A DNA stretch of 64,000 nucleotides. Origin: Macrostomum lignano (taxonomy: Eukaryota). A program made the position numbers and the translations under genes. The DNA lies in the NCBI GenBank assembly GCA_002269645.1, contig NIVC01000127.1, positions 605,626-669,625 on the forward strand, read 5' to 3'. Under the pieces are notes generated by a model, which had not been told where the DNA came from, made no database searches, and worked only from the letters and a program-made list of their open reading frames with translations. This document shows, piece after piece, positions 30,605-43,700 of this stretch; the stretch's first letter is position 1; each line of letters starts with the position of its first letter.

Positions 30605-31640
30605 CAGGGAGAGGGAGATGAGAGAGATTGAGATGAGAAAGGGAGATGAAAGAGATTGAGATGAGAGAGGGAGATGACAGAGGGGAAATGAGAGAGAGGG
30701 AAGGTGAGAGAAGGGGTCTGGAGATGAGAGAAGGGGGGAGATGAGAGAAGGGGGAGATGAGAGAAGGGCGGAGATGAGAAAAGGGGGAGATGAGAGAAGG
30801 GTGGAGATGAGAAAAGGGGGAGATGAGAGAAGGGCGGAGATGAGAGAAGGGCGGAGATGAGAGAAGGGGGAGATGAGAGAAGGGGGAGATGAGAGAAGGG
30901 GGAGATGAGGGAAAGGGGAGATGAGAGAAGGGGGGAAACGAGAGAAGGGGGAAACGAGAGAAGGGGGAGATGAGAGAAGGGGGATGAGAGAAGGGTGGAG
31001 ATGAGGGAAAGGGGAGATGAGAGAAGGGGGGAAACGAGAGAAGGGGGAAACGAGAGAAGGGGGAGATGAGAGAAGGGGGGATGAGAGAAGGGTGGAGATG
31101 AGGGAAAGGGGAGATGAGAGAAGGGGGGAAACGAGAGAAGGGGGAAACGAGAGAAGGGGGAGATGAGAGAAGGGGGGATGAGAGAAGGGTGGAGATGAGA
31201 GAAGGGCGGAGATGAGAGAAGGGGGAGATGAGAGAAGGGCGGAGATGAGAGAAGGGCGGAGATGAGAAAAGGGGGAGATGAGAGAAGGGTGGAGATGAGA
31301 AAAGGGGGAGATGAGAGAAGGGCGGAGATGAGAGAAGGGCGGAGATGAGAGAAGGGGGAGATGAGAGAAGGGGGAGATGAGAGAAGGGGGGAGATGAGAG
31401 AAGGGTGGAGATGAGAGAAGGGGGAGATGAGAGAAGGGGGAGATGAGAGAAGGGCGGAGATGAGAGAAGGGCGGAGATGAGAGAAGGGCGGAGATGGGAG
31501 AAGAGCGGAGATGAGAGAAGGGGGAGATGAGAGAAGGGCGGAGATGGGAGAAGAGCGGAGATGAGAGAAGGGCGGAGATGAGAGAAGAGCGGAGATGAGA
31601 GAAGGGGATATCAGAGAGAGGGAGATGAACGAGAGAGGAA
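30605..31640. repeat. Purine-rich ~19-20 bp minisatellite (GGAGATGAGAGAAGGG(C/G)G)
   Basis: Direct observation; almost purely G/A on the + strand. Confidence 0.93.
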
Positions 31641-32280
31641 GACGAGAAACAATGAGATGCAAGTAGCAGATGAAGATGAAGGGAAGACGGGGATCAGAAG
31701 GAGTTGGAGGCGGGTAGCTGGCAGGCAAAAAGCCAGAAGAAATTCTGTCAAATCCCAACTGCTTCGAGCATCTCAAAGCTGTCCACAGCAGTTGCTAAAT
31801 TTTCAGCGCAAGTCGGCAGTTTTGTCACTTTTAAAAAATTCAATTATTTTTTCCTAGTGCCGTTGAAAAAGGGAAATTGAATTTAACAAAAAAACTGATA
31901 CTCTGTCACCTGCAGGAGGCGGATGGCCCACTCGAGTTGGAAACTCAAGTTTTTTTAAGCGTCTTGTAATTAAGCCGAAAATGTCAGAGCCAGCCCTGCG
32001 AAAGCAGCCGTCTCTAGCCGAGCTCGACTCCCATTGGCTGGCCGAAATCCCCATATTAAGCCGACCAGGCTCGACAGGCCGGAGCCGCCTTCGCCGAGCG
32101 AGATCCGGGACATTCAGACGCGACTGAACTCGAAATCTGCTTTCGCTCGCCCACTGACACGCTGCTCAGGTGAGTAAACTATTTGTCTACCGATATGTTG
32201 AGTGAGCCTATTTGCAAGAGCAACACTATGTCGGTATGTAAATATGTCAGGTATGCAATGATTCAGCCATAAAAATATGG

Positions 32281-32598
32281 TGAGAGTGAGAGACAGTGAG
32301 AGTGAGAGACAGTGAGGGTGAGAGACAGTGAGAGTGAGAGACAGTGAGAGTGAGAGACAGTGAGAGTGAGAGACAGTGAGAGTGAGAGACAGTGAGAGTG
32401 AGAGACAGTGAGAGTGAGAGACAGTGAGAGTGAGAGACAGTGAGGGTGAGAGACAGTGAGAGTGAGAGACAGTGAGAGTGAGAGACAGTGAGAGTGAGAG
32501 ACAGTGAGAGTGAGAGACAGTGAGAGTGAGAGACAGTGAGAGTGAGAGACAGTGAGAGTGAGAGACAGTGAGAGTGAGAGACAGTGAGAGTGAGAGTC
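32281..32598. repeat. 16-bp repeat (ACAGTGAGAGTGAGAG)
   Basis: Direct periodicity. Confidence 0.95.
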
Positions 32599-32899
32599 AG
32601 CGAGAGCAGCACAATGAGACAGAGACAATCAAGGCTGAGATTATTGACCCAAAACCGAGGCTGACACGGACACAGAAAGTCGATACGAGCTGAAAAAACG
32701 AAAACCAGTGTTCAACCAGTTTGTGTTCGCGCAAAGAAGATGGAGGAGTCAGGTGCAGATGAGATCAAATAACAGAATGCATGATACAGAAACACAGACA
32801 CGCACACACAGACAGGTGTGCACAAATCAATGGGCTGCTGAGAACACGGTGCGCAAAGGCGCCCTACTATCAGATACGGCCTTTGCAGCAGCAGGCGCC

Positions 32900-33355
32900 T
32901 TGTAATGTGTTCAGAGCAGAATCCAGTGAACCGGTGATGGGGTATTTAGCAGGAGCTTGTAGTGTGCTCAGAGCAGAATCCAGTGAACCGGTGATGGGGT
33001 ATTTAGCAGGAGCCTTGCTATGTGCTCAGAGCAGAATCTAGTGAACCGGTGATGGGGTATTTAGCAGGAGCTTGTAATGTGCTCAGAGCAGAATCCAGTG
33101 AACCGGTGATGGGGTATTTAGCAGGAGCCTTGCAATGTGCTCAGAGCAGAATCCAGTGAACCGGTGATGGGGTATTTAGCAGGCGCCTTGTAATGTGCTC
33201 AGAGCAGAATCCAGTGAACCGGTGATGGGGTATTTAGCAGGCGCCTTGTAATGTGCTCAGAGCAGAATCCAGTGAACCGGTGATGGAGTATTTAGCAGGA
33301 GCCTTGCAATGTGCTCAGAGCAGAATCCAGTGAACCGGTGATGGGGTATTTAGAT
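32900..33355. repeat. 58-bp minisatellite (TGTGCTCAGAGCAGAATCCAGTGAACCGGTGATGGGGTATTTAGCAGG...), ~8 copies
   Basis: Direct periodicity, no unique spacers. Confidence 0.93.
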
Positions 33356-34106
33356 ACGTGAGTTAATTAGGCTGCCTTAATTGCCCGGGAAACTAAGGAT
33401 GAAGCTTCGTTGAAATTCTGTTTATAAAAAAATAAACAAGACTAACTTTCTCGCCACCCTAAATTGAGTGGGTAGGAGGAGGGGGCTTCGCGTTGCCCGA
33501 GTTGATGAGGCTGTCAATCGCAGGAAACTGGCCCAGTTAAGGTGTGCTGAGAAGCAACTCGAGAGCTGTTTAATTAGCCCAGCTGTCAAAGCTAGCAGAT
33601 CCGGGATTCCTCAGGATGCGAACGCCAGGACGGGTCGTTCTGTCGCATCCATCTGTTAGGGATGCTCCGCAGAGTGGAGGGGAGATGGAGGGAGATGGAG
33701 ATGGAGGGATGGGGTGGAGGAGGCTCAGCGGCAGAACAAAACCGAGACAGTGCAAGCAGAAGCAGCAACAAATACTCAGGGCTGGATTTGGAGACCAGGC
33801 AAGCGGATGTAGACAAAAGAGTATACAAGTGCGGCCCGAGAGCGGGCTAAGATGGTGAGATTGAGTTCAGCATCAGATCCGAGCTTGTTGACTCACAGCA
33901 CTGCCGCTTGCTGGTCATTTCCTTTGGGCTTCTGACGACTTCCTCTTTTGGTAGCAGATGAAGCAGCTGAAGCTGCAGGAAATTCCCGGCGCGAGAAGGA
34001 GGGCGACGGGGCAGGGGGGGCGCTCAGGTTTCATGGGGGAGCTTTGGACGGCAGGTTTCTCCTAGATAGCTGGGAATGCATTGCTGACTCTGGAATACAT
34101 CACCAT

Positions 34107-34896
<790 letters not shown>

Positions 34897-35530
34897 TGCT
34901 AGCTTACGAGACCGTCAGATGTGCCCCAATTCCAAAGTCAAATAGACTCTCCGCTCACTAAGCGGTTTCCAGCAGCGGTACTCGAAAGACAAACTGGGCG
35001 ACCGACTGACCGCTGCTCACCTGGCAAAAGGAATCCCGTTGAGTCATTTTTAGGCTGGCCAGTCCCGGGTTGCTGGGCAAGTTTGGGACCAACTCAGATC
35101 GGAGCCCAAAAAAATTGAGAGTTTGAGTTTACATTTAGAAGTAGCTCGCCCCGTGCTCCACTGCGCGCTCAGGCGTGAATGAAACACCCGAAATTGACGG
35201 GGGCTGCGGTGTCTCCAAAGCATGCTGCTTAAAACACGACCCCGGCAACTAATGAAAGTTTTGGTGCAGAGCTGTCAGTCGGCCATGAGAGCTCCGGGCA
35301 CAGGCAGAGATGGCTCGCGGCATCCGAGCAGTCTTGTCGCTTTGCCGCTGCATCTCAATCAGCACCCAAAACTGGGGCAGCCGCGGAAAGCCTTCTAAGC
35401 TGGGATTAAAGCATTGGAAATCAAATTTTTTACTTATCTTTGGCCTTGAAAAATAATAGGATGCCGAGCCGGTCCGAAATGGCTGCTTAGCTTGGGAGCG
35501 GGAGCGACTTTTCTGGCACTTCTAGGCTAT

Positions 35531-35850
<320 letters not shown>

Positions 35851-37717
35851 TCCACCCAGTGACTCCACAGCCAACCTGAATATGCAAAGCATATGCAATG
35901 ATTAGCATGGCAGCTCACTCTGAGGCCCCACTCAGATCAGCCTGAGCAGCAATCGGCAATCTGAGGCGTGACTCCGCATTCGCGGGCGGGCAGTGCGAGA
36001 CGCCCAGCCTCACTGCAAATGCGCCTCTCGGTCGCTTCACAATCATCGCTTGTATTGAACGCACGCAGCGGAGCAATCTCGGAAGTGGGGCTACACGGAT
36101 AACCTTTGTCTCGCTCGAATTTATTTGAATTCGTTTCCGCCAGGCTGGAACAATCGCTGTCGCGTAGCTGAGGCCGGAATAGGAGAACTCATTCAAAGTC
36201 GGATAAAATAAACATAAAAACTTGCCCTCCCCGAACTCAACGAGTGCGAGAGCGGCAGGAAGCTGCATCTGCTCCGGCGGATTCTGCCAACAATGCCGCG
36301 CGGCAGACGACAATGAGATGATTCCCCGTCTTGGTTGAACATTTCTGTAGCTCTGCTTTCTGTTAGCTTTTGTGTTTGTCCTGCCAGTCTCCGCGGCGGC
36401 CTCATCAAGGGTGTTCCGAGGGAAGAATGAGGAAGAAATCAAACATATGGGATTTTTGACAGAGGGGGGGCAGTATCAGTCTTGTCTGTCCCAATCTCCT
36501 CTCCTCACAATCCGGTCGGTGTCCTTAGAAAGTTTGGAAAGAAGAAGTTTTGTGGCCGGAAGTGGGGTGCATTGAGAAAATGATAAAACTGGCTGAGAAT
36601 TAGCGGGCCAGAGGGGGTCCTTCTGGTCAGGCGCATTCACCGGCCCCGGATGCGGCGTGGCCCTGAGTGCGGGGTGGGGACGGCGGGCACAGGAGAGACT
36701 GGTTGGGCTGTGTGGCTTTTGCAGAAACTTCATCAACAGCGAGGAGGACATCCGAGCTCCGCCATGCATGACCCGCTCTCGGCGCGCCCCGACCCAATTT
36801 TGCTATAACTCCCAGCTGAAGAAAACCTAGATCGGCTATGAGAAAGGTTAAGCTGAACAGATAGAGAATGGCCCGGCAGTAATGAGCTGTTATCTCGGGT
36901 TCGCTCGCAGCCCCTTCCTTCCCAGATCCCACAGCACCAACAGCCTCGGCAGCTGCGATCAGCCGCGCGGAAACATTATCTGCACCGATATGAGAGTAAA
37001 GGAGCCCCTCCTCCTCATCCCTCTTTTTTATAGAATCCCGCAAGCCAGTCAAACTGATTGAATTCGCTTAATTCCCCATTCGGCACTCGGCGAGTCCCGG
37101 CCGCACAGACTTCAGCCTATAGCTAGGCGGCAAGACTCGAGCTCCAGAATTTTAACTTGATCAATTTCTCGAATATGAAAGAAATGCGGGTCCAGAAGAG
37201 AATCTCGCGGCTGAACCAACCGACTTTTTTCGATTGCAATCTATTGATTTTTTTATTATACCAAAGCCGCAACTAATTTTGTGTATAAGTCAGCCCTTCA
37301 GATAAGAGGGCAGAGCCACGACCCATGATTCCCTGAGCGGGCACATTCATTTGGGGCTTGCATGCGTGAAAGTTGGCCAGGAGGTTATTGATGGCCTACC
37401 CCCCCCCCCCCCGGCATAGACAGTGTACACGTTTAACAATGTGACCGCAGGGCCGCTGTGTGCGATCGCGTGTGTATGAGTGCGTGCCTTCGTACAGCGT
37501 ATTCAGGAGTCAGCGAAATGGGCAGAATTGGCTTAACCTTGGTTTTAGGACGTGACGCCGAAGGCGTTGTGTCAGTATGCCCTCAGGGCTCCTCTAATAC
37601 TATATTATACTAAGCCAGATTAAAAATGATACTCTGACTGCCCAACTTACTGAAAATCCCGCAGGCGCTCTTACATCTCTACGACGCCAAAAAGGAAAGC
37701 TTTAAATCGCTCCGATA

Positions 37718-40700
37718 ATGAGTCATCAACGCCTGATCCAAGCGCTGGTATTCGCAGCTCTGGTCGCGCTGCTAGTCTGCCAGACCGAGGCTGATCCGGC
37801 CAAGAAGTGAGCAGGGAATTGGGGCAGAGGGCGGCTGCGGGGTGAGTGATTGGCATGGGGAAGGGAGGGGGTGGCTGGGGTGAGTGTTTGGCATGGGGAA
37901 GGGAGGGGTGGCTGGGGTGAGTGTTTGGCATGGGGAAGGGAGGGGGTGGCTGGGGTGAGTGTTTGGCATGGGGAAGGGAGGGGTGGCTGGGGTGAGTGTT
38001 TGGCATGGGGAAGGGAGGGGTGGCTGGGGTGAGTATTTGGCATGGGGAAGGGAGGGGTGGCTGGGGTGAGTGTTTGGCATGGGGAAGGGAGGGGTGGCTG
38101 GGGTGAGTGTTTGGCATTGGGAAGGGAGGGGTCGCTGGGGTGAGTGTTTGGCATGGGGAAGGGAGGGGTGGCTGGGTGAGTGTTTGGCACGGGGAAGGGA
38201 GGGGTGGCTGGGGTGAGTGTTTGGCATGGGGAAGGGAGGGGTGGCTGGGTGAGTGTTTGGCATGGGGAAGGGAGGGGTGGCTGGCCAGGCTGGGGTGAGT
38301 GTTTGGCATGGGGAAGGGAGGGGTGGCTGGGGTGAGTGTTTGGCATGGGGAAGGGAGGGGGTGGCTGGGTGAGTGTTTGGCATGGGGAAGGGAGGGGTGG
38401 CTGGGGTGAGTGTTTGGCATGGGGAAGGGAGGGGTGGCTGGGTGAGTGTTTGGCATGGGGAAGGGAGGGGTGGCTGGCCAGGCTGGGGTGAGTGTTTGGC
38501 ATGGGGAAGGGAGGGGTGGCTGGGGTGAGTGTTTGGCATGGGGAAGGGAGGGGGTGGCTGGGGTGAGTGTTTGGCAAAGGAAGGGAGGGGGTGATTTGCA
38601 TTCGTGTTGATTCTCAGAAATTATAGATTATAACTACTCGTATGTGCTTTCAATAAGTTCACAATGTTCGTTCGCGAGTGAATCATTCTAAATAAAGGCT
38701 TTCAGTGACCAAAAAAGTTTTTAGTGCTTTCGCCGGTTCAGAAATTTCTCTTTATCACTGGCTGTTTGCGGAGCATCCGGGCTTTCAAGTCATAGAGTCG
38801 GATTCCCCAGCTGAAGTGGAATAGCTGGCTGGGCGCACGCAAGGCCCCGGTAAAAGTTCACGCTGGCATCAGGTCCTGAGCTTCTTGGAGAAAAATTCCT
38901 TAAAGTTTTCAAAAAAATCCCTGCTATTTAATCAAACCAGTTTTGCTCCATTGTTACTAATTCCTATTTCTTATGCATTTGTTGTATATTTTTTTCGATT
39001 TGATTGCTAGCAAGTTAAGCATAGTTGGCAGCGGTTAGCAGCCCTGACTAGATAAAGCTGAGAGCTCAAGCTCATCCCCTGCTGGCAGCACTGCACAAGA
39101 AGCACAACCATCGGATCTGCTGGCTTTGCTAGTATACTCTGCAATATTGCATGTATTTATCAATAATTCAATTCAAGCATATTGCACATCCGCCCCCATT
39201 TTCAGAAGCGCCTCGCAACACGCCGCGCAGAGGGCCAAGTAAGCGGAGCAGTTCTGTTGCAAGAAACCCAATTAGCAAAAATTTAGGCTTTAAGATTTTC
39301 AAATGTTAAAAAATTGAGCATAGCGAATTTGATATTGTTGGATTGGAAAGCATTTTAGCTAAGATAGGGGGCGGGAAGGCAGATTCATTTCAACGGCTTG
39401 ATTGAGAATTTGATAGTCCTGAAACAGCTTGGAATTGCCTCCCCCAAAGCAAGAAGGAAATGGATGTGAAAACTGTTTACAGTCCGCTGTAAGGTGTAAA
39501 AATGTATATAAAATCCCTATATTAAAAAACATTCCACAGGCGATTCTCGGCTCCACGGGCGTTCGACTGGAAAAAGTGAGCGCTTTCAGTGCCTCGAAGT
39601 TCGTTTATTGAGAACTCAAAAAAGGAGGAACTGAGCTTTGAAATCGGGCGGATGTTGGGGGACTGGGGAAAGACAGGGTGAAAACAGCAACTCATCCGCC
39701 CGGGAGCTTAGTTGAAGAGGGGCGTGACGCCAGCCACACAATGCAACTCCTGCCCCATTGCTTTTGTAGGAAGCGCTTCTCCGCTCCCCAGGCCTTTGAC
39801 TGGCGGTAAGGCAACGGTGACTTCAGCCTGTTCCAGTTGCTCAGTTTCAATTGAGTCCCGTGCTCAACTGCTCAGTCGCTAACTGGCGCGACCAATTATC
39901 GATTTTGTTTTGTCTTAAAGATTAGCAGTGTAAAAGTGCAAGTTGATAGATTAATAAAGTGAATTACTATTCTAGCCTACACGGATAAAGGATAGAATGG
40001 ATTGCTAATCTAGCCTACACGGATAAAGGATAGAATGGATTGCTAATCTAGCCTACATGGATAAAGGATAAAATGGATTGCTAATCTAGCCTACACAGAT
40101 AAAGGATAAAATGGATTGCTAATCTAGCCTACACAGATAAAGGATAAAATGGATTGCTAATCTAGCCTACACAGATAAAGGAGTAGAATGGATTGCTAAT
40201 CTAGCCTACATGGATAAAGGAGTAGAATGGATTGCTAATCTAGCCTACATGGATAAAGGAGTAGAATGGATTGCTAATCTAGCCTACACGGATAAAGGAG
40301 TAGAATGGATTGCTAATCTAGCCAACACGGATAAAGTATAGAATGGATTGCTAATCTAAACTAGACGGATAAAGGAGTAGAATGGATTGCTAATCTAGCC
40401 TACACAGATAAAGGAGTAGAATGGATTGCTAATCTAGCCTACACAGATAAAGGATAGAATGGATTGCTAATCTAGCCTACACAGATAAAGGATAGAATGG
40501 ATTGCTAATCTAGCCTACACAGATAAAGGATAGAATGGATTGCTAATCTAGCCTACACAGATAAAGGATAGAATGGATTGCTAATCTAGCCTACACGGAT
40601 AAAGGAGTAGAATGGATTGCTAATCTAGCCTACACGGATAAAGGAGTAGAATGGATTGCTAATCTAGCCTACACGGATAAAGGAGTAAAATGGATTGCTA

Positions 40701-43700
40701 ATCTAGCCTACACGGATAAAGGAGTAGAATGGATTGCTAATCTAGCCTACACAGATAAAGGATAGAATGGATTGCTAATCTAGCCTACACGGATAAAGAA
40801 TTGAATGGATTGCTAATCTAGCCTACATGGATAAAGGAATAGAATGGATTGCTAATCTAGCCTACACGGATAAAGGATAGAATGGATTGCTAATCGAGCT
40901 TACATGGATAAAGGAGTAGAATGGATTGCTAATCTAGCCTACACAGATAAAGGAGTAGAATGGATTGCTAATCTAGCCTACACGGATAAAGGATAGAATG
41001 GATTGCTAATCGAGCTTACATGGATAAAGGAGTAGAATGGATTGCTAATCTAGCCTACACGGATAAAGGAGTAGAATGGATTGCTAATCTAGCCTACACG
41101 GATAAAGAATTGAATGGATTGCTAATCTAGCCTACATGGATAAAGGAATAGAATGGATTGCTAATCTAGCCTACATGGATAAAGGAGTAGAATGGATTGC
41201 TAATCTAGCCTACACGGATAAAGGATAGAATGGATTGCTAATCTAGCCTACATGGATAAAGGAGTAGAATGGATTGCTAATCTAGCCTACACGGATAAAG
41301 GATAGAATGGATTGCTAATCGAGCTTACATGGATAAAGGATAGACTGGATTGCTAATCTAGCCTACACAGATAAAGGATAGACTGGATTGCTAATCTAGC
41401 CTACACGGATAAAGGATAGAATGGATTGCTAATCTAGCCTACATGGATAAAGGATAGAATGGATTGCTAATCTAGCCTACACGGATAAAGAATTGAATGG
41501 ATTGCTAATATAGCCTATATGGATAAAGGAGTAGAATGGATTGCTAATCTAGCCTACATGGATAAAGGATAGAATGGATTGCTAATCTAGCCTACATGGA
41601 TAAAGGATAGAATGGATTGCTAATCTAGCCTACACGGATAAAGAATTGAATGGATTGCTAATATAGCCTATATGGATAAAGGAGTAGAATGGATTGCTAA
41701 TCTAGCCTACATGGATAAAGGAGTAGAATGAATTGCTAATCTAGCCTACATGGATAAAGGAGTAGAATGAATTGCTAATCTACCCTACATGGATAAAGGA
41801 GTAGAATGAATAGCTAATCTACCCTACATGGATAAAGGAGTAGAATGGATTGCTAATCTAGCCTACATGGATAAAGGAGTAGAATGAATAGCTAATCTAC
41901 CCTACATGGATAAAGGAGTAGAATGGATTGCTAATCTAGCCTACAAAGGCCGTGAGTGGGGTTTTGCCGAAAGGAATTTAGAATAGACAGTAGTTCAAAA
42001 GCAGACCTAAAGAAGAATTCAGCCTCCCAGCACCTCACACTGGCACTGCCTCTCTGCACCCTGCAGCAAGCGGTTCTCCGCTCCCCAGGCGTTCGACTGG
42101 AAGTTAGTCCCTTCACACTGCTCTGGGGCTTCGCCCTGATGCTTGGCAACTAAACAGCAATGCCAATTTAACTTTCTTCTCTTTTTCTCTTTTTGTCATC
42201 TAGGAAGCGATTCTCGGCCCCTCAGGCGTTCGACTGGAGGTGAGTAACACGCTTTCCAGATGCGGTGAAAATCTGCTTGATTGCTTGCAGAACTCAATGC
42301 TGCCTTTGTTATTGCCTCGGTTTTGTCGCATTTTCAGGAAGCGGTTCTCCGCTCCACAGGCATTCGACTGGAGGTGAGTTGGCTCGCTAATTAATGAATA
42401 GGTGCAAATATAATTATAGAATCAGTAGTAAGCCATGCCTTGAATAAAACACTCTGATATACTTTTTTTTAATATTTTAGAAAGCGATTCTCCGCTCCGC
42501 AGGCTTTTGACTGGAGGTGAGTTTGGCCAGTTCATGGACTACTGAACTGCTGCCGCTTGTTGAACTCTTTGGCTAGAATAGAAATAGCACCCGGGATAGT
42601 ACCAGGGACAGCACCAGGGACAACACCGGGGGCAGCACCAGGGACAATACCGGGGACAGCAACCGGAATAGTACCAGGGACAGCACCAGGGACAACACCG
42701 GGGGCAGCACCAGGGACAACACCAGGGACAGCACCAGGGACAATACCGAGGACAGCAGAGGGAGCAACACGGGGGGCAACACCGGGGACAACATCAGGGA
42801 CAACACCGGGGACAACACCAGGGACAACACCGGGGACAACACCGGGAATAACACCGGGGACAGCACCGGGGATAACACCGGGGACAACACTAGGGACAAA
42901 ACCAGTGACAACACCGGGGACAACACCAGGACAACACCGGGGACAACACCGGGACAACACCAGGAGAACACCAGGGACAACACCGGGGATAACACCGGGG
43001 AAAGCATGGGAGCAACAACGGGGACAGCATGGGGAAAACACCGGGGACAGCATGGGGATTACACTGGGGACAGCACCAGGGACAACACCAGGGACAGCAC
43101 CAGGGACAGCATCGAGGCTAGAAGTAGGAATAGCACCGGGGACAGCAGTGGAAGATATTTCTGCAGCAATGCAGAAAGAAAAAAGCAGATAGGTCATAAC
43201 TTCTTGAGAGTTCATGACCCCAGGGTCCATCACTTAATAAGCGTCACAGCGGCCATTACGAGTAATCTGCATCCATCATCTCATATCAATAAATTTCCCC
43301 ACTTAATTTCAGGAAGCGGTTCTCCGCTCCTCAAGCATTCGACTGGAAGTGAGTCCCAGCTTATAACTGCAATTGTGATGCGCATTTTTAATAAATTATG
43401 CATTGCAATTAAGCAATTATAATTCCCTATACAAATTCTAATTATAGGAAGCGGTTCTCTGCTCCCCAGGCCTACGATTGGAAGTGAGTAGTTTAAAAAA
43501 TATTTTTATCTTACTTTTATGTTGCTAATTACCAGAAACAAGACAGAATAATGGGTAAAAGGCGAGAGTAATTATCCGTATCTGTTACTAGTTAAATGCT
43601 TCGCCGCCTGATTAGTCTTTCTAATTTGAAATTTTTAGAAAGCGCTTCAGTGCCCCGATGGCGTACGACTGGAAGAAGTGAGTTTGATAATTTGTAAGAC

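Noticed and set aside
30604-31776. 390-aa Ser/Pro/Leu-rich ORF (and similar ORFs at 29460, 37671, 42532, 46346, 48182, 61833)
   Set aside because: They coincide exactly with non-coding minisatellites, several of them inside introns of supported genes, and are open in several frames.
32900-33355. CRISPR-like or coding 58-bp repeat
   Set aside because: No spacers; plain minisatellite.
35180-35210. SSU rRNA-like motif GAAATTGACGGGGG
   Set aside because: Only ~12 nt of resemblance, and the flanks do not match rRNA.
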